Assembly: GCF_031769215.1 (NCBI RefSeq)
Contig: NW_026781907.1
Location: 1,550,001-1,614,000, forward strand
DNA length: 64,000 bases
Direction: 5' to 3'
From: Ylistrum balloti
Taxonomy: Eukaryota
Of this stretch, positions 1 to 14,077 are shown one piece after another (within the stretch, counting starts at the first letter, position 1; the number at the start of each line of letters is the position of its first letter). The position numbers and the translations under genes were made by a program. The notes under the pieces are model-generated. The model searched no databases, was not told the DNA's origin, and worked only from the letters and a program-made list of their open reading frames with translations.

Positions 1-111
1 TCTTCATTATTCATTAGTAATTCCTCATTCCTTACAGGATCCCTAGGGAGCCATTCACACTCTCTCTTTAATCATTAGTGATCAGCTTAGTGTTGATCCC
101 TCTGAGAGTTT

Positions 112-3100
112 CTATTTGGAGCCCTCAGCAGCAGTTTTCTTTTGCTCGTCCAGGTCCAAAGCTTCTTCTATCATGGTTGTGGACTGCAACAAACATAAAC
201 ATGGAGTAGAAAAAAATTGAAAGATAAAGAGGAGGCTCAGACAGGCTCTAATACGCAACCGCAACCGGACCCTGTGTTAATTAGTCTCTCTAGAATACAG
301 TTTCACACTTCTGTGAAAAGATACCACTTCAGCAATAGAAATTATCTGTATATGGTTATATACGATGATGTTATAGGTCCTTACTGACTAGGTCTCTAGC
401 ATAACAAACATAACACTCAAAATTTATTTGAAAATTATCTGTCACAGTACAAGCTAACAAGACTTCCGAAAAATAACAATTTTGAGTGTTTACTGTTACT
501 AAGTAAAGAAGATTTCTAAGCGATAACAGCATTATAGTGTTTACTGTCACCAATGGATAGGAAATTCATTCAGAGCAATATTTTGAGGGCAGACATCTCT
601 TTATTGATAGACAATTTGTCAAGAGCTACAATATTTGTAATTATCATTGAGGGTAGACAACTCCATATTCATCAAGAGCTACAATATTTTCAAGTATCAT
701 TAAGGGTAGACAACTCCTTATTCATCAAGAGCTACAATATTTGTAATTATTATTAAGGGTAGACAACTCACAAACACATAAAATGTAGCTGCTCCTGCTG
801 ACACGTCCCGGACTTCGTCAAGCTCAAACTTGTTAAGAAGGGTTTTCGCTCGCTTTGCTGCAGCTATAGGAATGGCCTCAGGTTTGCATTCCACACAGCG
901 ACGTTTCAAACTCTCCTTACCAGTCTTACCTACCAGTGCCTGCACTGCCTTCCAGTCCTGAAAACAGATCAAGGAAAAGTGTTGATATCACTGTGTAAGG
1001 GTCAACCAATACAAGACATACTAGAATATTCAAAGGAACCTAAGTAAGTAACACAAAGCCTATTTGTATAACAGTGTATCAACCACGTGCTAAATCTGAC
1101 TACCTTTGTTTCCTTTTCCTTGTGACCCAGCAGGAGGAAAGTTGCAGTCATTATGGTGTGGACTAACAGAGGTGGCGTCTGATAACTACGAATCTCTGCA
1201 ACAGTCGACTGCTTCAGTTCCAGGATCTCATGCCGGATGCGTTCCAGACGACGCAGTCGTACCAACAACTGGTTGGCCTCTGCTAGCTCCTTAGCCAACT
1301 GTACTTCAAATCCATGTTTCTTGACTGTTTGAATGGCCTTCTCCAGATCTTCAATTTCTCTCTTTGTCATGGCTCTCTTCAAACCTGGAATACATTAATC
1401 AATTAATCAAAGTAATATCAGTTGATATTTCACTAATTCTGAAATCAAATGGCTGCATAGAAAACAATATAATGTTTCAATAGTGACTTACCATCTCTGG
1501 AGGTGAGTTCCTTAAGAAGTTTCTCAGCTTTGATGAGATCCATGTCTACATCCTCCACTTTCTCTTTTTTAAACTCTGTAATGTTATACTCCAGCTGGTA
1601 TTTGTCCCGAGATTTGATGGCGACCTTCAGGTTGTATCTCATCTTCCGGTCTCTAAGTTCTGCAGGAAACACAGGTTAGCATAGTTATATCTTCTAATAT
1701 AGCGGTCCCTTTTTCATTAAGTCATTATATCTATATAGAAACACTATCTAGATATCGACCACTTTTCCCAGAATCATTGGTGTTAAGTTTCACACAGTCA
1801 AACATCATTATCTCAAACTCATACTACTCAAAGATGTCCTTTGATTTAAAATATTATGTTGGTCCCTTCCAACTTCAAACCAAACATACAAACTCCTTTA
1901 AATCAAAAACTCGGATAACTGGAATTTTTCCCCTGCTGAATTCAAGATAACAAAATACGACTTAACTACTGCATAGTTTTATCTCTACATATTATTTTAG
2001 CAATATAGTTTGAGGGACATAATTTAGAAAGAGGTTTAATTGTGTCATTATTTTCAGTGTCTTCTTTAAGAATGGCATTTGAATTATCAAATAATAACAC
2101 ATGTAACTGACTACTCACAAACATTATTTGATACTGAAATAACTATATCCGACACACAAAGCATTTCATATGAAATCTGGCATCCAGTGCTTATTGTAAG
2201 CTATGAAAAAATTATAACATAGGATAACTCATAATTGTTGATATAATGATGCTTTAAGGAATATCAGTTTTTTGTCAGATCATGTATTTTAAACTCTCTG
2301 TTTAATCTTTCATATCATACCCCAGTCGGGAATCTATGATGTACCAATACAGTTATAAACAAGGGCTGTTAGAGACCAGTTATGCTCCCCAAATGGGACA
2401 AAATTTAAGTATGAAAAATAACAAAGGGCAATAGGAGAGTTATGATTCTTGTGCACTGCCCTTCTTGTTGTTGAGATCTGTCTACCTCTGATAGTTTTAA
2501 TGTAATGTTCCAGACAAAATTCAAGTATGAAATATAACAAAGGGCAACAACTCCTAAATTTGTCAAAAGAAAGTGTTGTTTTTTGGTGCACTACATTTCT
2601 CTTTGTTAAGATCTATCTTCCTATGAAGTTTTATGTTGATATCTCTTATAGTTTTTGTGTTATGTCCCGGACAAAATTATGACAAACGGACGGGACAGAC
2701 GGACAAAGTGGTAACTATATGCTCTCCCTTCAGGGAGCATGATAAACTGGTATTTTTCATTGGGATATAAAACATGTTAACACATATACAGTAGACATGT
2801 ATAGCAATGTCATTTCATCTTTTTGCCCAGAACAAAAGGATGCACGTATTAACGATGTCACATGACCTTGCGATGAGACCTTTAAACATACTTATTAGCG
2901 ATGTCACATGATCATATGATGATACCTTTAAACATACTTATTAGCAATGTCACATGACCTTGTGATAAGACTTTTCCATACCCATATTAATGATAAACCA
3001 TCCTCTATCTTTATCTCACCTCTGTGTCTTTTCTTCAGTCTTTCACGTTCTTCATCCTCCTTCTTGTGTTTCTTTAGCTCCTCCTCAGCCTGTTTTTCCT

Positions 3101-6100
3101 CTTCCTCTGCACGCTGTAATTATAAGTGTACAAGGTAACCACCTTTCTCAAACATACACATATATGGTGCACTACAAACTATTTTTGTCACCATTGCTTT
3201 CTTAGAACTTAATACCTAACTTGTATTGCAGTTGAATACATTACTATCAGCTGTGACAAGGAAATCCTATCTACAGCCAGTAATATCACAGTCCAGTTGT
3301 GACAAGGAAATCAATCTACAGTGAGTTATATTCAGTCCAATTCAGCAGGTATAGCCATGTCTTTAACCAGCAGGAAAGTTACAATACTTCCTTACTATTC
3401 CTACTTTTAACATGATCACATCAAACTGAACCCATATTCAAGGATACAAATTCCATCAATCAGGACGTGTACAGTCACAATATCTTGCATGTATTTACTG
3501 CTCTGAATCAAAATAAGTTGAAACAACTTTCAATGTGTTAATCACTTTAAGGATTATGTATGAAAGGAGAGAGAAGTAAGTAAACGATAAGTAATTGATG
3601 ACCTAAAAAAAATCTTCTACCTTAGCTAGTTTTTCTACATCTTTGTAAAGGTCTTCTTCTTCCCTCTTTCTTCTTTCCTCCTCTTCTCGCTGTCTTCTCT
3701 CCAATTCTCTCAATCTGCGTTGCTCCTAGAACAACCAACAACAAAAAAAAAAGAATGAAAGATGTGAATCGCTATGTATTTTTTTAAAATAATAGTCATG
3801 ACACAGTTAAACCTATAGATATTTTACAGAATGACAGAAGCGAGCTTTACTATGACTATGATGTCATTTTATTTTATGTAATGGTCAATCGTAACAAATC
3901 CAAGATTAAATGTGATACAGGCACTGTATTATGAAGTTCCTGTGACCATTGCCTGGTTACTATGACAACATATGACCTACTTCTTCCTCTTCCTGTCTCC
4001 GCCTCTCTTCTTCTTCTCTCCGTCTAAGTTCTGTACAAAACAACAAATGAGATGGTTTAACAGTGAACATGTCAATCCCTTCATAAGCCGATAAAAAGCG
4101 AAATAGAAACTAGCTACATAAAAATATATTCAATAAATATACGATATTTATCTATCTACAGAAAAATAAATCTATGGATACATATTTATCTACGTACTAA
4201 TAAAGCCACAATATTATCAATACATAGGCAAGATATTCAAATGATTACATAGTGACAGATAAAAGATTTTCACCAGAATGAGATCTTTATTGATGTCTGT
4301 CCTAGGTACCGAACAATTTAATGTATAGGTATATATGTAAAAACTAATAAAATTAAAATGTCAAGTGTTCATTGACAAACATAATGACTATAAATAGAAA
4401 TTCTACAAGATTTTTCATCATGTTCGATCTTATTCAATATATCAAATTTCGTCAGTGCTGAAATGAGACACTGAAACAAGATCACTATTGAAATTAACAT
4501 CTCAATGCTCAACAATCAAACTTTTAACAAGATTAATGAAAAAAAAATAGGATCACAGACAAAAATTCGACAGCTCATCAAAGATAATTATCTCTTTATC
4601 AATATCTTAACTGATGATATAAGATTTTCAAAACTATATTACTGCACCACTAAAATTCATTTGTATCTGATTACATAGTGACAGAAAAAAGATTTTCACC
4701 AGAATGAGATCTTTATTGATGTCTGTCCTAGTTACCGAACAAATTAATGTATAGGTATATATGTAAAAACTAATAAAATTTAAATGTCAAGTGTTCATTG
4801 ACAAACATATATAAAAAATATGTTTGTAGTTTTAGAATCATAAACCAGACAGTGTATAAACAAAGGAACATAGACACATTATGGAGGAACAAGTCAAATA
4901 TTGAAATTAAATCACAAATGTACATTTCACAAATTTACACAAATTCAAAGTATTCAAATGCATGTACTTTAAAACTGAGTTACAGTAACCACAACTTGTA
5001 GGTGTACTAGTCTGTGTTATACCAATTTATCCCTATTGGCAGCTAATGAAAAGTACAGAAAATGGTTCAAAGTATAGAGCTACTAATGACTTTTGATAAA
5101 CTTAAGTGACTTTTCAGGTACTGGTAACCTTAAGGCTGACTTTCTGTAAACAATACCACAGCAAATTTGAGTTCAATATTCCTACTTAACATTGCATGAG
5201 GAAATGAATTTAACTAATCAAGAATTTCTTGAATTTTGAAAGTCCAAGGGCCATAACTCTGGGAAAAAAAATGAGCTGACTAGACCAAATATGAAATTTG
5301 AACGTCATCTTATACCCCAGTAATACCACTACAAAGTTAATAATATCTTGAAAGTTCAAGGACCGAAATGGAAAAAAAAAAAAAAATAAAGACCCAAATT
5401 GATCAGACCTGGATCTGATTCTTCTCTCTGTGCAACGACATGCAAAATTGAAATTCTGCTTATTTTCTGTCAGAGATTAAGTAAGTACAAACCAAAGTAA
5501 GACAGAGTTACAGAGTGACGGCCATGAGGTATCAAAAGTACAACACCAACAAAGTGACAGATTTTGGCCGGGAAAGGTACGACACTTACAACAAACCAAT
5601 TATATATAAACTGAAACAAAATCCCTTCCTCATTCATTATGTCTGATAAACAAGCTTTGGAAAGTACAAAGATGTCTCCTCAGATTTACAGTACGATGTA
5701 AAATGTTCCATACTGACAAATGATGATGCGTAAACTTCTCACTGAATATGACTATTGTATCATATGAAATGTTTGTTTTGTAGAAACATTTATTGTTTTC
5801 ATGTCTATAAACAAACAACAAATGAAAATGAAAATACTTCAAATCATGAAAGAACTTGTTACGAAGAAAAGTTTTCCAGGAAAGGTTTTACCTTTGAGTG
5901 ACAAATTGTGTCCAAACCAGGAAAGTATCCAGTAAACATATGTTATATAGTATCAATTTATCAAAAACACTCAGAACCAAATTCAGTGGGATTTAGATTA
6001 TTTCTGAAATGTTTGATGAATCAGCAATATAATTATTTAACACATTTACAAATAGATTTAAAAGTGATTATGTACACTATATTGTAAATCACCACTTGTA

Positions 6101-9100
6101 ATATTTATTTCAATCACATGTATCGTAGCATGCACAAACACTAACCCTAGCATGCATACGCTCACCCCAGCATTCATACACACTCACCCTAGCAAATACA
6201 CTCACCTTAGCATGCATACACTCTCCCTAGCAAATACACTCGCCCTAGCATGCATACACTCACCCTAGCGTGCATACACTCTCCCTAGCATTCATACACA
6301 CTCACCCTAGCAAATACACTCACCTTAGCATGCATACACTCACCCTAGCGTGCATACACTCTCCCTAGCATTCATACACACTCACCCTAGCAAATACACT
6401 CACCTTAGCATGCATACACATTCACCCTAGCAAATACACTCACCCTAGCATGCACTGTGACACAATAACCCTAACATGTGCACTCACCCTAGCAAACACA
6501 AACACTCATTCTAGCATACACACACACTCACCCTAACATGCAGACACACACACATTAACCTACGCCCACTCTCACAAAGCAAAACGGGTTTGGTGAGTTC
6601 ATTTGTACATGCAGCAGTGTGTATTTAGTTTTATATAGCTTACTGTGGATGATCTATCATGCAATATTTCCAACATAAACTGGATTCCAATGTAAGGGAT
6701 ATTTTGATGTTGGTATTTAGAAACAATGATCTATAACAGGTCGTTTATGTAACTTGTACGTCAGCGACATTAATAACTACCTAGGTAGATTAAAATCACA
6801 TTGTGATATGTAGATTAAAATCCCTAATTATTAATCAATGATATAATAAAGTCAGGAATTAATCATTATCTCTAAATATAAATACTGAATTTGACTATTT
6901 GAAAGTTTTCTCATGAAATTTAAAAAAAATGAATTTAAGACTTTACTTATTTAAATGCGACCTAAATTCACAAACATGTGTATGTTGTCCATTATATTAG
7001 AAAATCCCCTAAATCAAACAAGTCTGCATGATGTCAAAATGATGAGGACTAAAGTTAATTTTCACTACTTGATAGAACTTAGAACCATGACTTATAAAGG
7101 AAACTGNNNNNNNNNNNNNNNNNNNNNNNNNNNNNNNNNNNNNNNNNNNNNNNNNNNNNNNNNNNNNNNNNNNNNNNNNNNNNNNNNNNNNNNNNNNNNN
7201 NNNNNNNNNNNNNNNNNNNNNNNNNNNNNNNNNNNNNNNNNNNNNNNNNNNNNNNNNNNNNNNNNNNNNNNNNAATCATGTTTAGTATGTAAGATGCATC
7301 AATGACCGCCATTCTGATCTTCTTTAATTAACCTTGATGGCAGAGGTGTCATATATGAAGCCGAATTGGTTTACCTTAATATACTGGAACACCTGGTCTT
7401 ATTCCAAATACACTTCTTCAACAGTTTCCTATCATGTTTTGTTTCATTTATTGATTTTTAATTCAATAATGAGTTGATTCTACATACACTAAAATTTTGC
7501 AAAGTAATTTGTATATGCTACAGATTAATATCTTCACTTTGTCTTTAATCCAGTTGGATTAGTTTTGGATTTTTTTTAAATTCTCTTATTATCATACACT
7601 TTTTTGGTCTTTTTCCTCTTTATTTCCTACTTCCTACCATCTTTACATGGCGTTATTCTGAAATCTCATCACACTTTGTCTCTTAAATTGTACAAGTTTA
7701 TCTTCGGTTTCTCTGTATCTTTAGGTCTTACTGCAAACAATGCATATACCTGGTACAATATCGACTCAATCTGTGAGTTAACCTGATCACTAAATACTCT
7801 AAAAAACTTACAACCTGAATTTAAACAAAATTAACTAATTTTTTACAGTGATTAATGAACACTGTCGTTCGAGATTTGATTTGTATTTGTGTAGTTGCAT
7901 AATTCAGAGTAAAAAAAAATTGAAAAAATTACAGAAATCTACACCCTAAATACAGTAAACCACAGTTTTGTATAGTCTGTAGGCAGACTAATATCAGCAT
8001 TTTCTACTTTTTCTATATGAGTGATTACCTTAAATGAAACACTTATTCATTTTTTCCAAAAACATATTTTGTAGAGGTAAAAAATTGAAGCCAGAAAAAA
8101 AAAGACAAAAAAAAAAAAAAAAAAAACAAAAAAAAAAAAACCACCACACAATATGGTTTATTTACAGTTAACATATAACCATTTCTAAACAAAAGACAAA
8201 CAGTACCTGTAAATTAATTCCACTGTAAATAAAATACCTGTAGGCACACCTGTAATCTCCTACATTAATACCTATTGAGTCTCTGTGATTAATTTCCAAT
8301 ATCCATGAAATTAACATGAATTGTTTTCAATGTTCATAATTTGTTCAAATATTTTTTTAGAAAACCAAATTCTGAGGTAATCTGGAATTTTTGTCTGAAT
8401 CATTTGAACTTTAATCCATGTATGGATACCAAGTATGGAGTATTTTTGTGATAGAATCTATCTGTTTGTATCTGCAGTCCTGGTACTATATAAATGTGAG
8501 GATTAGGCCATGCCTTGTTCTGTGACAGCAGAAAGCTTAACTGTGGTTTTAGCTAAAAGACCATACAACGTCAGATGTGCCTATAATATCACCACTCCTG
8601 GTTACTGCTGACACGAAATTTAGCCTGGCAGGAAAATAGGTAAAACAAAAACATAGCATATATCAGCATGTACTGAAACAAAGTATTTATCAATGTATTC
8701 AAGTAATATACATCTCGAGTCATTAGTTATTAACAAACATGGTTACTGAGAGAAATTCTCTGTAGGTCAGTAGTGAATTAACAAATGATAAGTACAGAGA
8801 AAGTGGTGTCTTTGTTTCTATTAGTACAACACACTTTCACAGTGATAGATCTGATATACTAGGGTAAAAAAAGTAAGACAAGTTCAGAATAGTAAAAAGT
8901 ATGAGAAGTGTCTCAATGTGTCTTCTACAAATAAACCATGTATGTGTGGTGTCTCAATGTGTCTTCTACAAATATACCATGTATGTGTGGTGTCTCAATG
9001 TGTCTTCTACAAATATACCATGTATGTGTGGTGTCTCAATGTGTATTCCACTGACATGAATATACCATGTATGTGTGGTGTCTCAATGTGTCTTCTACAA

Positions 9101-12100
9101 ATATACCATGTATGTGTGGTGTCTCAATGTGTATTCCACTGACATGAATATACCATGTATGTGTGGTGTCTCAATGTGTCTTCTACCAATATACCATGTC
9201 TGTGTGGTGTCTCAATGTGTATTCCACTGACATGAATAAACCATGTATGTGTGGTGTCTCTATGTGTCTTCTACTGATACCAATATACCATGTCTGTGTG
9301 GTGTCTCAATGTGTCTTCTACTGATACCAATATACCATGTATGTGTGGTGTCTCAATGTGTCTTCTACTGACACTAATTTACCATGTATGTGTGGTGTCT
9401 CAATATGTCTTCTACTGATACCAATATACCATGTCTGTGTTGTGTCTCAATGTGTCTTCTACCAATATACCACCTCTGTGTGGTGTCTCAATGTGTCTTC
9501 CACTGACATGAATATACCATGTATGTGTGGTGTCTCAATGTGTCTTCTACTGATACCAATATACCATGTCTGTGTGGTGTCTCAATGTGTCTTCTACTGA
9601 TACCAATATACCATGTCTGTGTGGTGTCTCAATGTGTCTTCTACTGATACCAATATACCATGTCTGTGTTGTGTCTCAATGTGTCTTCTACCAATATACC
9701 ACCTCTGTGTGGTGTCTCAATGTGTCTTCCACTGACATCAATATACCATGTCTGTGTGGTGTCTCAATGTGTCTTCTACTGATACCAATATACCATGTCT
9801 GTGTGGTGTGGTGTCTCAATGTGTCTTCTACTGCCACCAATATACCATGTATGTGTGGTGTCTCTGTGTGTCTTCTACTGCCACCAATATACCATGTATG
9901 TGTGGTGTCTCAATGTGTCTTCTACTGATACCAATATACCATGTCTGTGTTGTGTCTCAATGTGTCTTCTACCAATATACCACGTCTGTGTGGTGTCTCA
10001 ATGTGTCTTCCACTGACATCAATATACCATGTCTGTGTGGTGTCTCAATGTGTCTTCTACTGTCACCGATATACCATGTATGTGTGGTGTCTCTGTGTGT
10101 CTTCTACTGCCACCAATATACCATATATGTGTGGTGTCTCAATGTGTCTTCTACTGACACTAATTTACCATGTATGTGTGGTGTCTCAATATGTCTTCTA
10201 CTGATACCAATATACCATGTCTGTGTGGTGTCTCAATGTGCCTTCCACTGACATGAATATACCATGTATGTGTGGTGTCTCAATGTGTCTTCTACTGATA
10301 CCAATATACCATGTCTGTGTGGTGTCTCAATGTGTCTTCCACTGACATCAATATACCATGTCTGTGTGGTGTCTCAATGTGTCTTCTACTGCCACCAATA
10401 TACCATGTATGTGTGGTGTCTCTGTGTGTCTTCTACTGCCACCAATATACCATATATGTGTGGTGTCTCAATGTGTCTTCTACTGACACTAATTTACCAT
10501 GTATGTGTGGTGTCTCAATATGTCTTCTACTGATACCAATATACCATGTCTGTGTGGTGTCTCAATGTGCCTTCCACTGACATGAATATACCATGTATGT
10601 GTGGTGTCTCAGTGTGTCTTCTACTGATACCAATATACCATATATGTGTGGTGTCTCAATGTGTCTTCTACTGATACCAATATACCATATATGTGTGTTG
10701 TCTTAATGTGTCGTCCACTGAAAAATATACTATGTTTGTGTGGTGTCTCAATGTGTCTTCTACTGACACCAATATACCAAGTTTGTGTGGTGATGTTTTC
10801 TACTGACACCAATTTTCTATGTCTGTTTGCTGTTTCACTATGTCTAATATTTGTTGTCTGAAGCAAGAAAATGAAGAGATCATTATATAGTAACTTTAAC
10901 ATAGATTTGTGTTAACTTGTTTCCAGACACCATACACCATTCTCTGAGAACGCTACATTAAATGACACTATATATATCCTATTGCAGAGGGAAATTTATA
11001 TCACCGAAAAAAAAAAACACAATATGAACATTGTCTATGAATCAAAATAATATTTTTCAATACGATTTTATAGAGAAATAACAGAATAACAGAATTAACT
11101 TTTAACATTTAAATGTTCAATTATGAAAAACGAGTTGATAGTTGCAACACTTAAATCATTTAAGTTAGATTATTCTTACTATCATAAATATTTGCATGGG
11201 TGAATTGTAACATAAGCAAGGGGAGACAATCAGGCCTTGACATCCAAGTTCTACATATTCATGAATGGATCACAAGATTAGCACACAGATTCTGGCCTTG
11301 ATGAATATTCATGTGGCCCTGAGATACCAGGTCTATACCTCTCTCTTTGCTTACCACAATTGGTAATCTTTCTTGGTCCAATTTCAGGTGGTGTCTATCA
11401 TTCCTTTCTGACATTTAGCATAATAAATGTCTAACAGAAGGTTAACACATGACATGAGTATTTTAATTGTTCGCTCCAGCAGGTCATATTTATATCTTAT
11501 ATATTTAAGTATTGAAAAGATACATTACATTGTTTTAGTTCAGAAAATTATAGAAAAAAAAATTATATTTTAGATACCAGGGGAAGATTGGAGAGTGTCA
11601 AAAATCATTATTAACAATTCATGAATGGGATGGAGGGGAGAAATATTAGTGGCATTTATTACAAAACAATCTTCCCCGTCTCTAACCACCAATATAACAT
11701 ATACAGGTATGTGAAGGGAAAAATATCTGAAACTTATTTTGTACAAATATATCAAAACTAGTATTACAAATAGACAGAAAAACTTTGACATGTACATAAA
11801 TTTGATAAGAATTTGAGTATAAAGTAATATTTTATGATACTAAACTATTGCAATGGTCAAGAAAATAAGCAATTGTTTTAATAACTAAATTTTATTCTAT
11901 AATATGTAATAACTGTAATTACAGGATATCTATTAAAAAGAAAGAAAATCTTACCTTCATCCTCGAAAAGATTTTTTTGTTTTTCTTTTTCTTGTCTCCT
12001 TCTTTCCTGCAATCAATTTACAGCTGAGTAACTTTGTGAACAGGTCTTGCTTAAGCAAAAGCTAAATATTGACATACAATGTGTAAATCCTTAGTCAATG

Positions 12101-14077
12101 AATATATAAACATCAGACAGTACTGAAAACTATTCATGTATAAATTGTTAATTTTTTACCTCCTCTTGTCTCCTCTTTTCATCATCCCGTTGCTTTCTTA
12201 GTCTATCTTTCTCTTCTTCCAGCAACTTCTGTCTGCGTAGCCGATCTATTTACACAAATCAACAAATTTTTACGATTATTCTATTATTTTATTCATTGCT
12301 ACACTTCATAAGATGAGATTTTGATTAAGAAGATCTTTTGTACAAGAGTAGAAAATGAAAACATAGGACATTTGTTTATGAAATTTCAGTTCATCAAAAT
12401 GAAAAGTTACAAAAGATTTTCGGTATCAATCCTCTTCGTTTTGAAGATAGTCACCTTCTCTCTCCCTTTCAAGCTCCAGCTGTTCATCCCTGCTTTCGTC
12501 ACGACTTGGTATATTACACAGGAGAACCTCTATCTCAGCAAAAGACACACCACTCCCTGGTATTGCTCGTGACTTGATAAATGTTTCCCACTTCTTCCTG
12601 GAGAAAAACTTGCCATGAACTGTTTGCACCATCCATCTGTGAAAGTTAAAAGGGAAAAATTTCCTGGTTAATTAAAAAAGCAGCTTCCCTTCCCTGAGGT
12701 AACATTGATGTCAAATATTTTATAGACTTCTTACCTGAGATGTTACAACAATGTTCTACCTAGCTTCCTCTCCTGAGATGTTACCATAATATCCTACATA
12801 TGTTCCTCACATGAGATGTTACTAAAGTATCCTACCTACCTGGCTTCATCGACAGTGAATGTTACCTACCTTGCTTCATCGACAGTGAATGTTACCTACC
12901 TGGCTTCATCAACAGTGAATGTTACCTACCTGGCTTCATCGACAGTGAATGTTACCTACCTGGCTTCATCGACAGTGAATGTTACCTACCTGGCTTCATC
13001 GCAGTGAATGTTACCTACATTGCTTAATCGACAGTGAATGTTACCTACCTTGCTTCATTGATAGTGAATGTAACCTACCTTGCTTCATCGACAGTGATTG
13101 TATCCTTTTGTTGGCGGTCGATCAGGGAGAACTCCCAGCGGAGGTCTTGTACGAGATAATATCTGCGGTCCATTTCCTGTAGTAGGTTGAGCAGCTCTGT
13201 TGGCTGGCAGTGATCACCCACACATACATACTTGATGGATTCCACAACCTTATGTCATAAAACAAAACTGTTTTCAACATTCCATTTCTGTATAAGTATT
13301 TGATGATACAATCTTCATACATAATGTGCTGAAATAAATAGTATGAATAATATAAAGCTAAATAATTGAATCAAAGTCTACAACTATGACAGTATATCAT
13401 CAATTAAGGTAAGAAGAACATGTAGAATTTAAATAATTGTGTTGAATAACTATAATTTTTTTATCACAAATATGAAAAAAAAAACTATCCTGCAAATGCA
13501 AGGGAAAAATTTGCACCTCTTTTGATATACATCTTTTCACTTAATCAGCATAATACATTGTATGTATTTCTTGATAAAAGAATTCAATTCTTTTTCTTCT
13601 TTTTCCTAAATACTTTTCTATTATGGGTTATATAAAAGTTTGCATGAGCGACACTTAATTGAACAATAACTCATTGAATAATGAAAAAAAAAGAGTTTAG
13701 GGTTGGTAAAACCAATTAGATTAGTAGGGAAACATGAATCAGACATATAATTTGTTGCCTAACATTGACATAAAAACATGAAATCAGTGTACATTGTTTA
13801 TAGGTAATTACTGTAAAAAAGATCATTATCAACTTTGATGCCTCCACTAGATTTTGTTTCTAAAGCTGAAATGAATATACATATACTTGCAGCACATAAT
13901 TGTTTAAGTTCTAATGGTGCATTATGATGTTACCTGGGGTAGACTTATCCCTCCAACTCTCACATCTCCATGGAGGGCTTGCATCTGTATGGCATTTAAT
14001 TCCCCCTTACAAGAGGCATCATACTGCTTGAACACATGTTGAAGGACCTGATCAGGCCTGGTAGATAGTTCTCCCAT
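112..14077 (-). CDS. Uncharacterized ~529-aa protein: N-terminal EF-hand-like motifs, central E/R/K-rich coiled coil or single alpha helix, C-terminal dynein-MTBD-like helical domain (12 coding exons)
   Basis: Exons in transcription order: 14077-13934, 13248-13079, 12636-12455, 12245-12160, 12006-11955, 4030-3981, 3725-3621, 3113-3020, 1659-1492, 1384-1104, 957-772, 183-112. All introns are GT-AG and phases join to 1590 nt. The protein runs MGELSTRPDQVLQHVFKQYDASCKGEL...DLRWEFSLIDRQQKDTITVDEAR...ERRRQEKE...LKQSTVAEIRSYQTPP...DWKAVQALVG...TAAEGSK*. Domain calls come from motif resemblance only. Confidence 0.85.
570..771. repeat. ~53-bp minisatellite (3-4 copies) starting at the donor of exon 957-772
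   Basis: caagagctacaatatttgtaattatcattgagggtagacaactccatattcat repeated. Confidence 0.8.
2358..2742 (+). mobile_element. Non-autonomous Helentron/HINE-like element
   Basis: 5' aacaagggctg...tatgctccc, internal caaagggcaa repeats, a GACG/GACA microsatellite near 2686-2705, and a 3' hairpin atgctctccct-tc-agggagcat. This layout is typical of bivalve HINE-type elements. Confidence 0.55.
4242..4808. repeat. Dispersed direct duplication of ~140 bp (4242-4382 and 4669-4808)
   Basis: gattacatagtgacaga...gtcaagtgttcattgacaaacata occurs twice with few mismatches. Confidence 0.85.
6135..6545. repeat. ~19-21-bp minisatellite (catgcatacactcaccctag)
   Basis: Direct tandem repeat with degenerate ends. 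Confidence 0.9.
7107..7273. other. Assembly gap (others at 45549-45732 and 56261-56485)
   Basis: Runs of N. Confidence 0.99.
7669..7730 (-). CDS. Candidate alternative terminal exon of the minus-strand gene (VRPKDTEKPKINLYNLRDKV*)
   Basis: Acceptor ttgtttgcag in phase 1, matching exon 5; open to TGA-TGA; AATAAA at 7619-7624 on the minus strand. Confidence 0.4.
8905..10810. repeat. 38-47-bp minisatellite (atataccatgtatgtgtggtgtctcaatgtgtcttctactgatacca)
   Basis: About 1.9 kb of tandem units; source of the Cys/Val-rich ORFs at 8918-10902. Confidence 0.95.
11355..11407 (-). CDS. Candidate cassette exon of the minus-strand gene (ERNDRHHLKLDQERLPIV)
   Basis: taaatgtcag acceptor and gtaagc donor; 53 nt, open, phase 1 in and phase 0 out, the same phases as exon 4030-3981. 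Confidence 0.35.
12830..13098 (-). repeat. 30-bp array of exon end plus splice donor (attcactgtcgatgaagccag|gtaggtaac), ~9 copies
   Basis: The unit equals the last ~21 nt of exon 13248-13079 plus 9 nt of intron. Confidence 0.92.

Noticed and set aside
8918-10902. Cys-rich ORFs resembling metallothionein or keratin-associated proteins
   Set aside because: Several frames are open over a tandem repeat, with no unique coding context.
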